Source: Alphaproteobacteria bacterium
GTDB taxonomy: Bacteria > Pseudomonadota > Alphaproteobacteria > UBA828
Length of the DNA stretch: 64,000 nucleotides
Assembly: GCA_965214705.1 (NCBI GenBank)
Contig: CBDCCI010000002.1
Coordinates: 1,920,001 to 1,984,000, forward strand
Direction: 5' to 3'
Shown: positions 24,768 to 36,318 of the stretch, piece after piece
Position numbering within the stretch: position 1 is the stretch's first letter
Layout: the number at the start of each line of letters is the position of its first letter
The notes under the pieces: generated by a model
Seen by the model: only the letters and a program-made list of their open reading frames with translations
The model's database searches: none
What the model was told of the DNA's origin: nothing
Made by a program: the position numbers and the translations under genes

Positions 24768-26891
24768 ATGAGCACCTATCTCTGCGGCATCGACATTGGC
24801 GGCACCTTCACCGATTGCGTGGTGGTGGACGAGGCCGGCCGCGTCACCACCGGCAAGGCACCGTCGACGCCATCCGATTTCGGCGAAGGGCTGATTGCCG
24901 CCCTCGACATCGTCGCCGGCAAGCTCGGGAGGCCGCTCGACGCGCTGTGCAGCGAGCTTGCGGTGCTGGCCCACGGCACCACGGTCGGCACCAACGCTAT
25001 CATCCAGAAGAAGGGCGTCAAGGTCGGGCTCATCACCACCAAAGGCCACAACGACGTCATTCACATCATGCGGGGCTCGCGCGGGCTGACCGGCCGCGAC
25101 ATCCGCCTCGTCGTCCACATCCCGGAGAGCAGCAAGCCCGACCCGATCGTGCCCAAGTACCTGATCGAGGGCGTGTCGGAGCGCGTGGACTGCTTCGGCA
25201 AGGTCGTGGTCGAGCTGAACGAGGAGGAGGCGGAGCAGGCGATCCGCCGGCTGGTCGCGGACGGCGTGGAGGCGCTCGCGATCTGCTTCCTCTGGTCCTT
25301 CCTTGCATCCGAGCACGAGCAGCGGGTGAAGGCGATGGTAGAGCGCATCGCGCCTGACCTCTTCGTCACCTGCTCGTCCGAGCTCGTGCCCAAGTGGGGC
25401 GAGTACGAGCGCACCGCGGCGGTGGCGCTCAACGCCTACATCGGCCCGCTGGTCACCGGCTACCTCGCCCGCATGGACCGGCGCACCACCGATCTGGGCT
25501 ATCACCACCCGTTGCAGATCACCCAGTGCGCGGGCGGCACCATCCCCGTCGCTAAGGCGATGGCGGCCCCGCTGCTTACTCTCGATTCCGGCCCGGTCTC
25601 CGGCGTCACCGGCTCGCGCTACGCCGGCGGCATCATGGGCTACGACAACGTCATCACCACCGACATGGGCGGCACCTCGTTCGACGTCGGCATCATCCAC
25701 GGCGGCGAGCCGGCGTTCTCTTACCGCAGCCTGGTCCACCAGTACGAGTACTACCTCTCCAAGGTGGACATTCAGGTGATCGGCGCGGGTGGCGGCAGCA
25801 TGGCCCGGATCGACGAGGCCACCGGCGCCTTCCGTGTGGGGCCGGAGAGTGCCGGCGCCGATCCCGGCCCGGTCTGCTACGGGCGGGGCGGCACGGTGCC
25901 GACCGTCACCGACGCGGACCTGGTGCTCGGCTATCTCGACCCCGACAACTTCGCGGGCGGCGCGATCGCGCTGGACCGCGATGCGGCGGCGCGGGCGCTC
26001 GCGCCGATGGGCGAACGCCTGGGTCTCGGCCTCGACGAGACCGCGAGCGGCATCGCCCGCATCGCCGAGTTCCAGATGGCCGACCTGATCCGCAAGGTGA
26101 CGATCCAGAAGGGCCACGATCCGCGCGACTTCGTGCTCTTCGCCTTCGGCGGCGCCGGCCCGGCCCACGCCGGAGTGTTCGCGCAGGAGCTCGGGGTCTC
26201 GAAAGTGATCGTCCCGCAGCGCGAGACCGCCTCGGTCTGGTGCGCTTTCGGCGCGGCGGCAGCCGACCTGCTGCACGTCCACGAGAGGGTCAACATCATG
26301 CGCTCGCCGTTCGATGCGGCGGAGATCAACGCGATGCTGGCCGAACTCAAGGCACGCGGCGCCGCCGATCTCGCGGCCGACGACGTCGCGCCGGTGGACC
26401 GCCACTACCGCTTCACCCTGGATATGCGGCACAAGGGCCAGATCAACGAGGTCGAGGTGGAGCTTGCGGGCGAAGCCGTCGCCGCCGATGGAGTCGACGC
26501 GCTGCACGAGGAGTTCCGCCAGCGCTACGAGGCGCTCTACGGACGCGGCGCCGCGCTGCCGGGCGCGCAGCTTGAGATCGTCACCTTCCGCTGCCGCGCC
26601 TCGGGCGTCACCCGCAAACCCCTGCTGTCAACGGCTGACCTGCTCGACCCGGAACCGGCGCCGGAGGCCCAGCACCCTTCCCGCTCGGTCTATTGGGCAG
26701 AGTGGGGGCACCGCGCCGAGACTCCAATCTATAACGGCGCGCGTCTGGTGCCGGGCAACCGCTGCGAGGGGCCGGCGGTGATCGATACCGACGTCACCAC
26801 GGTGGTGGTCCATCCGGGACAGACCCTTACTGTCGACTCCTACGGTAATTTCGAGATCGCCCTGGCCCCGAGCGCGGAAGGCGCGGGATGA
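24768..26891 (+). CDS. Hydantoinase/oxoprolinase A subunit
   Basis: GIDIGGTFTD, HGTTVGTNA, DMGGTSFDV, GPESAGADPGPVCY and FGGAG motifs. Confidence 0.93.
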   Translation: MSTYLCGIDIGGTFTDCVVVDEAGRVTTGKAPSTPSDFGEGLIAALDIVAGKLGRPLDALCSELAVLAHGTTVGTNAIIQKKGVKVGLITTKGHNDVIHIMRGSRGLTGRDIRLVVHIPESSKPDPIVPKYLIEGVSERVDCFGKVVVELNEEEAEQAIRRLVADGVEALAICFLWSFLASEHEQRVKAMVERIAPDLFVTCSSELVPKWGEYERTAAVALNAYIGPLVTGYLARMDRRTTDLGYHHPLQITQCAGGTIPVAKAMAAPLLTLDSGPVSGVTGSRYAGGIMGYDNVITTDMGGTSFDVGIIHGGEPAFSYRSLVHQYEYYLSKVDIQVIGAGGGSMARIDEATGAFRVGPESAGADPGPVCYGRGGTVPTVTDADLVLGYLDPDNFAGGAIALDRDAAARALAPMGERLGLGLDETASGIARIAEFQMADLIRKVTIQKGHDPRDFVLFAFGGAGPAHAGVFAQELGVSKVIVPQRETASVWCAFGAAAADLLHVHERVNIMRSPFDAAEINAMLAELKARGAADLAADDVAPVDRHYRFTLDMRHKGQINEVEVELAGEAVAADGVDALHEEFRQRYEALYGRGAALPGAQLEIVTFRCRASGVTRKPLLSTADLLDPEPAPEAQHPSRSVYWAEWGHRAETPIYNGARLVPGNRCEGPAVIDTDVTTVVVHPGQTLTVDSYGNFEIALAPSAEGAG

Positions 26892-26922
26892 TCCCAGGAC
26901 GGAGACGAACGGGAGGCCCACC

Positions 26923-27216
26923 ATGGACCTGACGGCATTCGAAGGCTCGCTCGAAGGCGCCGCGCCGCCAACCGGCCTGAGCAAGCCGCTTCAGGCGCTC
27001 TGGCAGGAGGCGAAGGGCGCGTGGGACGAGGCCCATAACCTCGCCCAAGCGGACAAGGGACCGGCAGGCGCCTGGGTCCACGCCTATCTTCACCGCGTGG
27101 AAGGCGACCTCCGCAACGCGGGCTACTGGTACCGGCGCGCAGGCCGTCCGGCGTCGGAGCAGGCGCTGCGCGACGAGTGGCGCGCCATCGCGACGGCGCT
27201 GCTTGCCGAACAATAA
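26923..27216 (+). CDS. Conserved hypothetical protein
   Basis: WDEAH..AQ...AWVHAYLHR.EGD..NA.YWY motif; GGAGG RBS. Confidence 0.85.
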   Translation: MDLTAFEGSLEGAAPPTGLSKPLQALWQEAKGAWDEAHNLAQADKGPAGAWVHAYLHRVEGDLRNAGYWYRRAGRPASEQALRDEWRAIATALLAEQ

Positions 27217-27303
27217 GGGCGCTGGAATAACGCGCGAGGGCGCCGTTGACGGTCCCACTAGCGCTCCCTACATTCCGACTGTTGCCGCCCCGGAGGAGTA
27301 TCC

Positions 27304-27624
27304 ATGAGCGTTACCCACGTCACCGACGCCGAGTTCGAAGAGAAGGTCCTTAACGCCGAAGGCCCGGTCCTGGTCGATTTTTGGGCCGACTGGTGCGGCC
27401 CCTGCAAGGCGATCGCGCCTGCGCTGGAAGAGCTCGCCGGCGAGATGAGCGAGTCGCTTTCGGTGGCCAAGCTGGACGTGGACTCGAATCCCTCCACGCC
27501 GGCGAAGTACGGCATCCGGGGCATTCCGACGCTGATCCTCTTCAAGGGCGGCGAGGTCGCTGACACCAAGGTCGGCGCGCTGCCCAAGGCCAAGCTCGCG
27601 GAGTGGCTGCGCGGCGCGGTCTGA
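27304..27624 (+). CDS. trxA: Thioredoxin
   Basis: WCGPC active site and GIRGIPTL. Confidence 0.97.
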   Translation: MSVTHVTDAEFEEKVLNAEGPVLVDFWADWCGPCKAIAPALEELAGEMSESLSVAKLDVDSNPSTPAKYGIRGIPTLILFKGGEVADTKVGALPKAKLAEWLRGAV

Positions 27625-27635
27625 ATCCCCTCCCC

Positions 27636-28946
27636 TCACGCGGCCGCAACACCAGCGGTCGCGAGCACGCCACCGATCAGATAAAGCGAGCCGCACACCA
27701 GGATGCGGCCGGGCTGAGCCGTGCCTGACGAGAGGTGTGTGATGGCCTCGTCGACGCTGGCGGCGGCCTCCGAATCGATACCGAGAGACCGCGCGGTCGC
27801 ATCGATCTCGTCCGCCGTCCTGCTCGCGGCCTGATCGGGGATCGCCACCGCCGCCATCCGCCGCACGAAGGGTGCGAGCGGCCTGAGATAATCCTCGGGC
27901 GGCCTCGTGTTCAACATGCCGACCACGAGGTCGAGAGGCCGGTCGGCCCATGCCTCGGCGACGCGGGCGAGCGCCATCGCAGCAGCCGCGTTGTGACCGC
28001 CATCGACCCAGATTTCCCAGCCGTCGGAAAGGCCGGCCCAGGGGATGCGCTGCAGACGCCCCGGCCAGCGCGCCTCGCGCAATCCCTGGGCGACGGCGTC
28101 ATTGCCGACATCGAAGCTGGGAAGCATCCGCGCGCAGACGACGGCAAGCGCCGCGTTCTCGACCTGATGGCCGCCGACGAGAGCAGGCAGCGGATAGTGC
28201 CCGCCGCCACAAGCGTCACGAACCTCCATGTACGAAGCGGCGCGTTCGAACGACCACTCCCGGCCGAGCCGCGCGAGCGGCGCCCCTACCCCGCCCGCGA
28301 CTCGCTCGATGACCGCGTCGGCCTCCGCCTCCTGTCGCCCGATCACGCCGGTCACGCCCCGCTTCAGAATTCCCGCCTTCTCGGCGGCAATGAGTTCGAG
28401 CGTCTCGCCAAGGTAGTGCGTGTGGTCGATGGAGACTGGGGTGATGACGGTGAGCGCCGGCCGCGCGATCACGTTGGTGGCGTCGAGCCGGCCGCCGAGG
28501 CCGACCTCCAGCAGCAGCACATCCGAAGGATGGCGCTCGAAGGCGTGGAACGCCGCCGCCGTGGTGATCTCGAAGAAGGTGATCGGCGCGTCGTCGTTGA
28601 CCGCCTCGCAGTGGGCAAGGCTCGCGCGCAACGAGTCCTCGGCAATCGGCACCCCGCCCAGCCTGATCCGCTCGGCGAAGCGAACTAGGTGCGGCGAGAC
28701 GTAGCCGTTCACCCGATAGCCCGCCGCCCGCAGCATCGCGTCGAGATAGGCGACGACGCTGCCCTTGCCGTTGGTGCCGGCGACGTGGATCACCGGCGGC
28801 ATGGCGCACTCCGGGTTGCCCAGCGCATCGAGCAGCCGGGTCATGCGTCCGAGCGAAAGATCGATCGATTTGGGGTGGAGGTCGAGCAGCCGGGCGAGAA
28901 TCGCGTCGCTCTCGCGCGGAGCGGCCGGCTTGGACGCCACGCTCAC
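27636..28946 (-). CDS. folC: Dihydrofolate/folylpolyglutamate synthase
   Basis: HVAGTNGKGS, EVGLGGRLDATN, WPGRLQ and DGGHN motifs. Confidence 0.96.
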   Translation of the reverse strand: MSVASKPAAPRESDAILARLLDLHPKSIDLSLGRMTRLLDALGNPECAMPPVIHVAGTNGKGSVVAYLDAMLRAAGYRVNGYVSPHLVRFAERIRLGGVPIAEDSLRASLAHCEAVNDDAPITFFEITTAAAFHAFERHPSDVLLLEVGLGGRLDATNVIARPALTVITPVSIDHTHYLGETLELIAAEKAGILKRGVTGVIGRQEAEADAVIERVAGGVGAPLARLGREWSFERAASYMEVRDACGGGHYPLPALVGGHQVENAALAVVCARMLPSFDVGNDAVAQGLREARWPGRLQRIPWAGLSDGWEIWVDGGHNAAAAMALARVAEAWADRPLDLVVGMLNTRPPEDYLRPLAPFVRRMAAVAIPDQAASRTADEIDATARSLGIDSEAAASVDEAITHLSSGTAQPGRILVCGSLYLIGGVLATAGVAAA

Positions 28947-28991
28947 TTGACCCCGCAGAAACAGGCCGCAGAGAACGCGACCAAGCGCCGC

Positions 28992-29927
28992 TTACTCGGC
29001 GCTGGCCGATGCAGGCAGGTCCTTGCCCCCGCCCGTGTCGGGCGCGTCCCTATGCAGGGCGATAACCTCCGCCGCAGGCTTCTTGTCGCGCAGCAGCGAG
29101 AGCAGCAGCGACAGGGTCTCGCGCAGCTTACGGCGGTGCACCACCATGTCGACCATGCCGTGATCGCGCAGGTATTCGGCGCGCTGGAAGCCCTCGGGCA
29201 GCCGCTCCCGGATCGTCTCCTCGATCACGCGCGGGCCCGCGAAGCCGATCACGGCGCCTGGCTCGGCGATGGCGATGTCACCGAGCATGGCGAAGGAGGC
29301 CGTCACGCCGCCGGTCGTCGGATTGGTCAGCAGGACGACGTAGGGCACGCCCGCTTCCTTCAGCTCGTCGACCGCGATGGTGGTGCGCGCCATCTGCATC
29401 AGCGAGAGCACGCCCTCCTGCATCCGTGCGCCGCCCGAGGACGGAATGACGATCAAAGGCGCTTCCTGCAGGATGGCGAGCCGCGCGGCAGCCAGCAGGC
29501 TTTCGCCGACGGCGGTGCCCATCGAGCCGCCGAGGAAGCCGAAGTCGAACGCGGCGACGACCGCCGGAGCGCCGCCGATCTTGCCGTGGGCGACCACGAT
29601 GGCATCGTCGTGGCCGGTGTTGCTGCGCGCTTCGCGCAGGCGGTCCGAGTAGCGCTTGCGGTCGCGGAAGCGGAGGGGGTCCTCGTCAACCGCCGGCAGC
29701 TCGATAGTCTGATACTCCCCCCCGTCGAAGAGCAGCGCGAGCCGCTGGTTGGCGCCGAGCCGCATGTGATGGTCGCAGCGCGGGCAGACCCGGAGGTTAC
29801 TCTCCAGCTCCCGGTGAAAAATCATCTGCTCGCACTTCTCGCACTTTTCCCACAGGTCGTGGGGGATGTCGGGCTTGCGGAACAGGCCGCTCACCTTGGG
29901 GCGGGCGAAGCGTTCGAGCCAGCTCAC
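28992..29927 (-). CDS. accD: Acetyl-CoA carboxylase carboxyltransferase beta subunit
   Basis: LWEKC..C zinc finger, [14 protein letters not shown] and GFAGPRVI motifs; GTG start overlaps the trpA stop. Confidence 0.96.
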   Translation of the reverse strand: MSWLERFARPKVSGLFRKPDIPHDLWEKCEKCEQMIFHRELESNLRVCPRCDHHMRLGANQRLALLFDGGEYQTIELPAVDEDPLRFRDRKRYSDRLREARSNTGHDDAIVVAHGKIGGAPAVVAAFDFGFLGGSMGTAVGESLLAAARLAILQEAPLIVIPSSGGARMQEGVLSLMQMARTTIAVDELKEAGVPYVVLLTNPTTGGVTASFAMLGDIAIAEPGAVIGFAGPRVIEETIRERLPEGFQRAEYLRDHGMVDMVVHRRKLRETLSLLLSLLRDKKPAAEVIALHRDAPDTGGGKDLPASASAE

Positions 29928-30763
29928 GATGCAGCCTCCTGCCGCGCTGTGCGCACGCCATCGCCGAGCGCGCGCACCAGCGCGAGCGCGTTGTCGCGGC
30001 AGGCGGCCGTCGCCCCGCCGCCCGCGTCCAAGCCTTTCTCGATCGCAGACACCAGGGCTGAGCCCACGACCGCGGCGTCCGCCACCCGTGCCACTTCCGC
30101 CGCCTGATCCGGCGTCTTGATGCCGAAGCCCACCGCGATGGGCAGCGTAGTGTGGCGCCTCAGCCGGTCGACTGCCATCTGCGTCGCGGCGGTGGTGGCG
30201 CCCGCCGCGCCGGTAATCCCGGTGATCGAGATGTAATAGACGAAGCCGCTGGTGTTGGTGAGGACCGCCGGCAGGCGGGCCTCGTCGGTCGTCGGCGCCA
30301 CCAGGCGCACGAAGGAGAGCCCAGCGTCGAGCGCCGGCCGGCACAACTCGGCGTCCTCCTCGGGTGGCAGATCGACCACGATCATGCCGTCGAGCCCGAC
30401 CTCCAGCGCGTCGTTAAGGAAGCGCTCCACGCCGTAGATGTAAATCGGGTTGTAGTAGCCCATTAGGACCAGCGGCGTGGCGGCGTCCTGCGCCCGGAAG
30501 CGCCGCGCCAGCTCAAGCGACTTGCCGAGCGTGATGCCGGCCCGGAGCGCCCGCTGGCCCGCACGCTGAATCACCGGCCCGTCGGCCATCGGATCGGTGA
30601 AGGGTGAGCCGATCTCGATGACATCGGCACCGGCCTCCGCCAGCCCTTCCAGGATGGCGTAGGAGGTCTCGATGTCCGGGTCGCCCATCATCGTGAAGGT
30701 GACGAGCCCGGCGCGGCCCTCCTCGGCGAGCGCTTGGAAGCGCCGCTCGATACGCCCGCTCAC
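29924..30763 (-). CDS. trpA: Tryptophan synthase alpha chain
   Basis: [27 protein letters not shown] and VGFGI motifs. Confidence 0.97.
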   Translation of the reverse strand: MSGRIERRFQALAEEGRAGLVTFTMMGDPDIETSYAILEGLAEAGADVIEIGSPFTDPMADGPVIQRAGQRALRAGITLGKSLELARRFRAQDAATPLVLMGYYNPIYIYGVERFLNDALEVGLDGMIVVDLPPEEDAELCRPALDAGLSFVRLVAPTTDEARLPAVLTNTSGFVYYISITGITGAAGATTAATQMAVDRLRRHTTLPIAVGFGIKTPDQAAEVARVADAAVVGSALVSAIEKGLDAGGGATAACRDNALALVRALGDGVRTARQEAAS

Positions 30764-31971
30764 AGCGCCGTGCCCATCGTATCTGCGACGGTGAAGATGT
30801 CCTTGTCGCCCCGGCCACACATGTTCATGACGAGTATGTGGTCATTGGGCAGACCCGGCGCCAGCTCCACCACATGGGCCAGCGCGTGGGCGGGCTCGAG
30901 GGCGGGAAGGATTCCCTCCATCCGCGCACACAGGTGAAAGGCATCCAAAGCCTGGTCATCGGTGATCGCCACATAGTTGACGCGGCCCGAGTCGCGCAGC
31001 CAGGCGTGCTCCGGCCCGATCCCCGGATAGTCGAGACCGGCGGAAATCGAGTGCGCCTCGATGATCTGGCCGTGCTCGTCCTGCAGCAGGTAGGTCCGGT
31101 TGCCGTGCAGCACGCCCGGCGAGCCGGCGGTCAGCGACGCGGCATGCTTGCCGCTCTCGACTCCGTGGCCGGCGGCCTCGACGCCGACCATGCGCACGCT
31201 CTCTTCGTCGAGGAAGGGGTGGAACAGGCCGATGGCGTTGGAGCCGCCGCCAACGCAGGCGACCAGCGTGTCCGGCAGCCGGCCTTCCGCCGCCATGATC
31301 TGCTCGCGGGTCTCGTGCCCGATCACAGACTGGAAGTCGCGCACCATGGCGGGATAGGGATGCGGGCCAGCAACGGTACCGATCAGGTAGAACGTCGTCT
31401 CGACGTTGGTCACCCAGTCGCGGAGCGCCTCGTTCATGGCGTCCTTCAGCGTGCGCGAGCCCGAGTCCACGGGCACCACCTCGGCGCCCAGCAGCTTCAT
31501 GCGAAAGACGTTGGGCTGCTGCCGTTCGATGTCGGTCTCGCCCATGTAAACGGTACACGGCAGGCCGAAGAGCGCGCAGACGGTCGCCGTCGCAACGCCA
31601 TGCTGGCCGGCCCCGGTCTCGGCGATGATGCGGGTCTTGCCCATGCGGCGCGCCAGCAGGATCTGGCCGATGCAGTTATTGATCTTGTGCGCGCCGGTGT
31701 GGTTGAGCTCGTCCCGCTTGAAGTAGATGCGCGCGCCGCCGAGATGTTCGCTCAGGCGCTCCGCGTGATAGAGCGGGCTGGGTCGGCCGACGTAGTGGCC
31801 GAGCAGGCGCTCGAACTCCTCGGTGAACGCGGGATCGTCCTTGGCCTGCTCGTAGGCCTTCTCCAGATCGAGGATCAGCGGCATCAGCGTCTCGGCGACG
31901 TAGCGGCCGCCGTAGATGCCAAAGTGTCCCTCCGCGTCCGGGCCGGGCCGGTTGGCGCCGCGTGCGCTCAT
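30760..31971 (-). CDS. trpB: Tryptophan synthase beta chain
   Basis: [20 protein letters not shown] and SAGLDYPG motifs. Confidence 0.98.
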   Translation of the reverse strand: MSARGANRPGPDAEGHFGIYGGRYVAETLMPLILDLEKAYEQAKDDPAFTEEFERLLGHYVGRPSPLYHAERLSEHLGGARIYFKRDELNHTGAHKINNCIGQILLARRMGKTRIIAETGAGQHGVATATVCALFGLPCTVYMGETDIERQQPNVFRMKLLGAEVVPVDSGSRTLKDAMNEALRDWVTNVETTFYLIGTVAGPHPYPAMVRDFQSVIGHETREQIMAAEGRLPDTLVACVGGGSNAIGLFHPFLDEESVRMVGVEAAGHGVESGKHAASLTAGSPGVLHGNRTYLLQDEHGQIIEAHSISAGLDYPGIGPEHAWLRDSGRVNYVAITDDQALDAFHLCARMEGILPALEPAHALAHVVELAPGLPNDHILVMNMCGRGDKDIFTVADTMGTAL

Positions 31972-32642
31972 GCCTTTGCCTCTTTCGGTATTGGGACAGC
32001 CGCGGCGGCGGCAGCGGCGAGGAAGGCGCTGATCTTCTCAGGGTCCTTGCGCCCCGGCGCGGATTCGATGCCGGACGAGACATCGACCGCACGCGCACCC
32101 GTGATCCTAATCGCCTCGCCCACGTTCTCCGCATCCAGGCCGCCGGAGAGCAGCCACCCGGTCGATGGCGGCGGCGCGGCCTCGAACAGCCTCCAGTCGA
32201 AGGTCCGCGCATTGCCGCCAGGGCGCGTGTCGCCGGTCGTCGCCTTGGCGTCGAACAGGATCAGGTCGGCGCTTTCGCCGTAGTCGTCGGCACGGGCAAT
32301 ATCTGAGGCTTGGGACACGCTGATTGCCTTGATGATGCGGCAGCCGGTGCGCGCGCGGATGGCCTCTGCGCGCGCCGGGCTCTCGTTTCCGTGCAGTTGG
32401 ATATAGTCGAGTCGCATCTCGGAGAGAATAGCGTCGAGAAAGTCGTCGTCCGGCTCGACCATGACGCCGACGGTCGCGATGCTGTCCGGCACATCCGCGC
32501 TCAAGGTCGCGGCCCGGCCTGGTGCCACGTCGCGCGGAGAGGGCGGAAAGAACACGAAGCCCAGGTACCGCGCGCCCCCGGCCAGCGCCGCATCGACGGC
32601 GGCACGATCGCTCAGTCCGCAGGTCTTGACCGCAACAGGCAT
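31968..32642 (-). CDS. trpF: Phosphoribosylanthranilate isomerase
   Basis: VKTCGL, QLHGNE, LSGGL and VDVSSGIE motifs. Confidence 0.95.
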   Translation of the reverse strand: MPVAVKTCGLSDRAAVDAALAGGARYLGFVFFPPSPRDVAPGRAATLSADVPDSIATVGVMVEPDDDFLDAILSEMRLDYIQLHGNESPARAEAIRARTGCRIIKAISVSQASDIARADDYGESADLILFDAKATTGDTRPGGNARTFDWRLFEAAPPPSTGWLLSGGLDAENVGEAIRITGARAVDVSSGIESAPGRKDPEKISAFLAAAAAAAVPIPKEAKA

Positions 32643-32692
32643 GGCCTACCCTATCCCGAATTTCTCGCCACGGCCCCAGCGAGAAACCGGGC

Positions 32693-33049
32693 TCAAGCGA
32701 GGTCCTTGGGCGTCAGCGACACGGGCGCACCCGGCGCCACCGTCGCCCGCTGGGCGCGCACCGTCTCGTCGAGCTTCTCGCGCGCCCGCGCCAGCTCCTG
32801 CTCCAATGCGCGCGTGCGCCTGCGGCCCCGGCGCGCCATGCTGCGCACCTTGTGGTCGAGCAGCCAGCGGACCAGGGCGCCGGTCAGGAACCCGACCAAC
32901 AGCGCCCCCACTGCCAGCGCCCACATCGGAATCTCGAGGGTGTAGGGGAACGGCGCCACGCTGATGGTCACGGGGCCACGATTCGCCACGGCGAAGGCGA
33001 TGACGATCACCGCCACCGCCCCTGCGATCGCCCAGGCGAGAATCCTCAT
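32693..33049 (-). CDS. LapA-family membrane protein
   Basis: FAVANR motif, two TM segments and a coiled coil; downstream of ihfB. Confidence 0.8.
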   Translation of the reverse strand: MRILAWAIAGAVAVIVIAFAVANRGPVTISVAPFPYTLEIPMWALAVGALLVGFLTGALVRWLLDHKVRSMARRGRRRTRALEQELARAREKLDETVRAQRATVAPGAPVSLTPKDLA

Positions 33050-33144
33050 GGGCTTGCTCTTCTGCGCCGCAATGCGCGGCCCGTCAACCGCGCCGTTCGG
33101 CGGTCGTGGTCCCGGACCGCCGCGCGCCGTTCAAGCCGCGGCGC

Positions 33145-33432
33145 TCATGGACGGTTGAGCCGCTCGCGCAGTTCCTTGCCGGTCTTGAAGAACGGCAGGA
33201 ATTTCTTGTCGACCCGCACCGCAGCGCCCGTGCGCGGATTGCGGCCCACGCGCGCGCCCCGCGGGCGGACCGAGAACGCGCCGAAGCCGCGAAGCTCGAC
33301 CCTGTCGCCCTGCGCGAGCGCGTCGCTGATCTCGTTGAAAATTCGGTTCACCACGCGCTGATAATCGCGGTGGTAGAGGTGCTGGTCGGCATGCTTCTCC
33401 GCCAGCAGTTGAATGAGTTCGGACTTTGTCAT
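33145..33432 (-). CDS. ihfB: Integration host factor beta subunit
   Basis: [24 protein letters not shown] and [10 protein letters not shown] motifs. Confidence 0.96.
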   Translation of the reverse strand: MTKSELIQLLAEKHADQHLYHRDYQRVVNRIFNEISDALAQGDRVELRGFGAFSVRPRGARVGRNPRTGAAVRVDKKFLPFFKTGKELRERLNRP

Positions 33433-33498
33433 TCCAGAGGCACTCCACCATGTGCACGCTCCCGGCGCATGTGCCGAGTTGCCGAGAACGTCGTCATT

Positions 33499-34410
33499 TC
33501 AGTCCGATAACTCAGGGTGCCAAACGGCGATCAGACCGTCAAGCGCTAGTGTTCGTAGCGGCAGGGTTCGCTTCAGCGCCGCGTCGAGGGTGCCCAGCAG
33601 GCCGCCCTCGTCGCCGGTCGTCACGTCGGTCGCCGGAACGCTCTTCGGCACGCCGTGTGCCTGCGCCAGCCACGCCCGCGCTTCCTCTTCGCCGCCGATG
33701 GCATCGACCAGGCCCGCCTGCACCGCCTGTCGGCCGGTGAAAACGCGGCCGTCGGCCAGCGTCAGCGCCGTCTCGCGGTCGAGGGAGCGCCGCTCCATCA
33801 GCAGGCGGAGAAAATACTCGTAGGTATCGCTCACTACGCTCCGCATGGCCTGGCGGGTCGGGTCATCCAGTTCCTCGTAAGGCATCGGCTTCGCTTTCAG
33901 CGGCCCGCTGCGGATCGCCTCCGCGCGCACCCCGATTTCTTCCAGGAGCGCGGTGAACTCGGCGGTCTGGAACAGGACCCCGATCGAGCCCGTGAGCGAT
34001 GATTCGCGGGCCAGCAAGCGATCTGCGGCCAGCGCCGCCATGTAGGCCGCCGAGGTCGCCGTCGTACCGAGAACGGCGACCACCGGCTTCTTCTCGGCGA
34101 GGGAGCGCAGGCTGAGATAAAGCGCTTCGCCGCCGACCGCCGTGCCGCCTGCCGAATCGAGCCGCAGGACCACCGCCTTGACCGCATCGTCGTCACGGAG
34201 ATCGGTAATGATACGGTCGCGCCCGGGATCGTCCTCGATGAACCCGCTAACCCAAAGCCGGGCCACGCGCTCGCCCTCGTCAAGGGCGAAGGGCATCGCG
34301 CCCACCAGGGCGGCGACGATCAACGCGACGATGGCAAGCGCACGCCAGATTGCGACGCCCCGCTTGAGACGGCGGCGGTCGAGCAACCTGTCTGGTTCCA
34401 GGCTCGCCAT
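33499..34410 (-). CDS. sppA: Signal peptide peptidase SppA (short form)
   Basis: KKPVVA, SAAYM, TGSIGV and DGRVFTG motifs; lies between rpsA and ihfB. Confidence 0.92.
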   Translation of the reverse strand: MASLEPDRLLDRRRLKRGVAIWRALAIVALIVAALVGAMPFALDEGERVARLWVSGFIEDDPGRDRIITDLRDDDAVKAVVLRLDSAGGTAVGGEALYLSLRSLAEKKPVVAVLGTTATSAAYMAALAADRLLARESSLTGSIGVLFQTAEFTALLEEIGVRAEAIRSGPLKAKPMPYEELDDPTRQAMRSVVSDTYEYFLRLLMERRSLDRETALTLADGRVFTGRQAVQAGLVDAIGGEEEARAWLAQAHGVPKSVPATDVTTGDEGGLLGTLDAALKRTLPLRTLALDGLIAVWHPELSD

Positions 34411-34451
34411 CTCCCTCCTGGATCGCGGCCTAGAGGGTCAAGGTGCGCGCC

Positions 34452-36209
34452 TCAGCTCTCGTCGTCGGACGCGTCCTTGGCCTCCGCCGCGCGCGCGGCC
34501 TCCTCCTGCGTCTTGCGGTCGAGCGCGGCGCCGAGGATGTCGCCGAGGCTCGCGCCGCTGTCGGTCGAGCCGTACTCCTCCATCGCCTGCTTCTCTTCCT
34601 GGACCTCCAGGGCCTTGATGGAGAGCGTGACGCGCCGGTTGTTGCGGTCGATCTGTAGCAGCTTGGCGTCAACCTTGTCGCCCGCCGCGAAGCGCGAGGG
34701 GCGCTGCTCGTCACGGTCGCGGGCGAGCTCGGAGCGCTTGATGTCGCCGGGCAGCGATCCGAAGATTTCGACCTCGACGCTGTGCTCGTGCACCGCGGTG
34801 ACGGTGCAGGTCACGGTCTGGCCACGCCGCGCGTCCGCGCCCTGGAAGGGATCGTCGTCAAGCTGCTTGAGGCCCAGTCCGATTCGCTCCTTCTCGACGT
34901 CGACGGTCAGCACCTTGGCCTTCACTTCGTCGCCCTTCTTGTACCGTTTCAGGGCCTCCTCGCCGGGCGTCAGCCAGTCCAGGTCGGAGAGGTGCGCCAT
35001 GCCGTAAATCTCGCCCTGCAGCTCGACGAACAGGCCGAACTCGGTGATGTTCTTGATCTCGCCCTCGACGATCGCGCCCTCCGGATGGGAGTCGGCGAAG
35101 ACGATCCATGGGTTGTCCAGGCACTGCTTGAGGCCGAGGCTGACCCGGCGCTTCTCGGGATCGACGTCGAGCACCATCACCTCGACCTCCTGGCTGGTCG
35201 AGATGATCTTGCCCGGATGCACGTTTTTCTTGGTCCAGCTCATTTCGGAAACGTGGACCAGACCTTCGACGCCCGGCTCCAGCTCCACGAACGCGCCGTA
35301 ATCGGTGATGTTCGTCACCCGGCCGGTGAACTTGGTCCTGACCGGGTACTTGGCCTCAACACCCTCCCACGGATCGGCCTCGAGCTGCTTCATGCCGAGG
35401 GAGATACGCTGGGTCTCCGGATTGAAGCGGATCACCTGGACGTTGACGGTCTGGCCGATCTGCAAGGCGTCGGCCGGATGGTTGACCCGGCGCCACGAAA
35501 TGTCGGTCACGTGCAGCAGGCCGTCCACGCCACCGAGATCGACGAAGGCTCCGTAGTCGGTGATGTTCTTGACCACGCCCTCGAGAATTTGGCCCTCGTG
35601 CAGGTTGGCGATCAGCTCGTTGCGCTGCTCGGCACGGGTATCTTCCAGAACGGCGCGGCGGGAGACAACGATATTGCCGCGCCGGCGGTCCATCTTGAGG
35701 ATCTGGAACGGCTGGTCCGTGCCGACCAGCGGCGCGATGTCGCGCACCGGGCGGATATCGACCTGACTACCCGGCAGAAACGCCACGGCGCCGTCGAGAT
35801 CAACCGTGAAGCCGCCCTTGACCCGGCCGAAGATGACCCCAGAAACCCGCTCGCCGTCCTTGTAGGCCTGCTCCAGCTTCTCCCAGGCCTCCTCGCGGCG
35901 CGCCCGCTCGCGGCTGAGCGAGGCCTCGCCGCGCGCGGTCTCGAAGCGCTCGATATAAACCTCGACCTCGTCGCCGACCTTGACCTCGGCCGCCTGCCCC
36001 GGTGCGGAAAACTCCTTGAGCGGGACCCGGCCTTCCACCTTGAGGCCGACATCGATGAGGGCTGCGTCGTTCTCGATGGCGAGAACGGTGCCCTTGACGA
36101 CGCTCCCCTCGAAGCGGGGCTTGTCGTCGAGGAACGAGTCGAGCATGTCGGCGAAGGACTCTTTGGGCGCGCCGGCCTGCTCTGTTGCTTCCGTTGTCTC
36201 TGCTGTCAT
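34452..36209 (-). CDS. rpsA: 30S ribosomal protein S1
   Basis: Repeated S1 domains (VKNITDYGAFVDLGG, GLVHVSEMSW) and C-terminal SGASLGDIL. Confidence 0.98.
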   Translation of the reverse strand: MTAETTEATEQAGAPKESFADMLDSFLDDKPRFEGSVVKGTVLAIENDAALIDVGLKVEGRVPLKEFSAPGQAAEVKVGDEVEVYIERFETARGEASLSRERARREEAWEKLEQAYKDGERVSGVIFGRVKGGFTVDLDGAVAFLPGSQVDIRPVRDIAPLVGTDQPFQILKMDRRRGNIVVSRRAVLEDTRAEQRNELIANLHEGQILEGVVKNITDYGAFVDLGGVDGLLHVTDISWRRVNHPADALQIGQTVNVQVIRFNPETQRISLGMKQLEADPWEGVEAKYPVRTKFTGRVTNITDYGAFVELEPGVEGLVHVSEMSWTKKNVHPGKIISTSQEVEVMVLDVDPEKRRVSLGLKQCLDNPWIVFADSHPEGAIVEGEIKNITEFGLFVELQGEIYGMAHLSDLDWLTPGEEALKRYKKGDEVKAKVLTVDVEKERIGLGLKQLDDDPFQGADARRGQTVTCTVTAVHEHSVEVEIFGSLPGDIKRSELARDRDEQRPSRFAAGDKVDAKLLQIDRNNRRVTLSIKALEVQEEKQAMEEYGSTDSGASLGDILGAALDRKTQEEAARAAEAKDASDDES

Positions 36210-36318
36210 CTGATCTCCGGAATGGTCGGTGGGCACTTTCGCGCAAGGCTTGCCCGGCATAAGCCGCGGGCCGTGACGGGTGAGCGCGTTTCCGCGGCGT
36301 GGGTTCCGCTACGTACCG

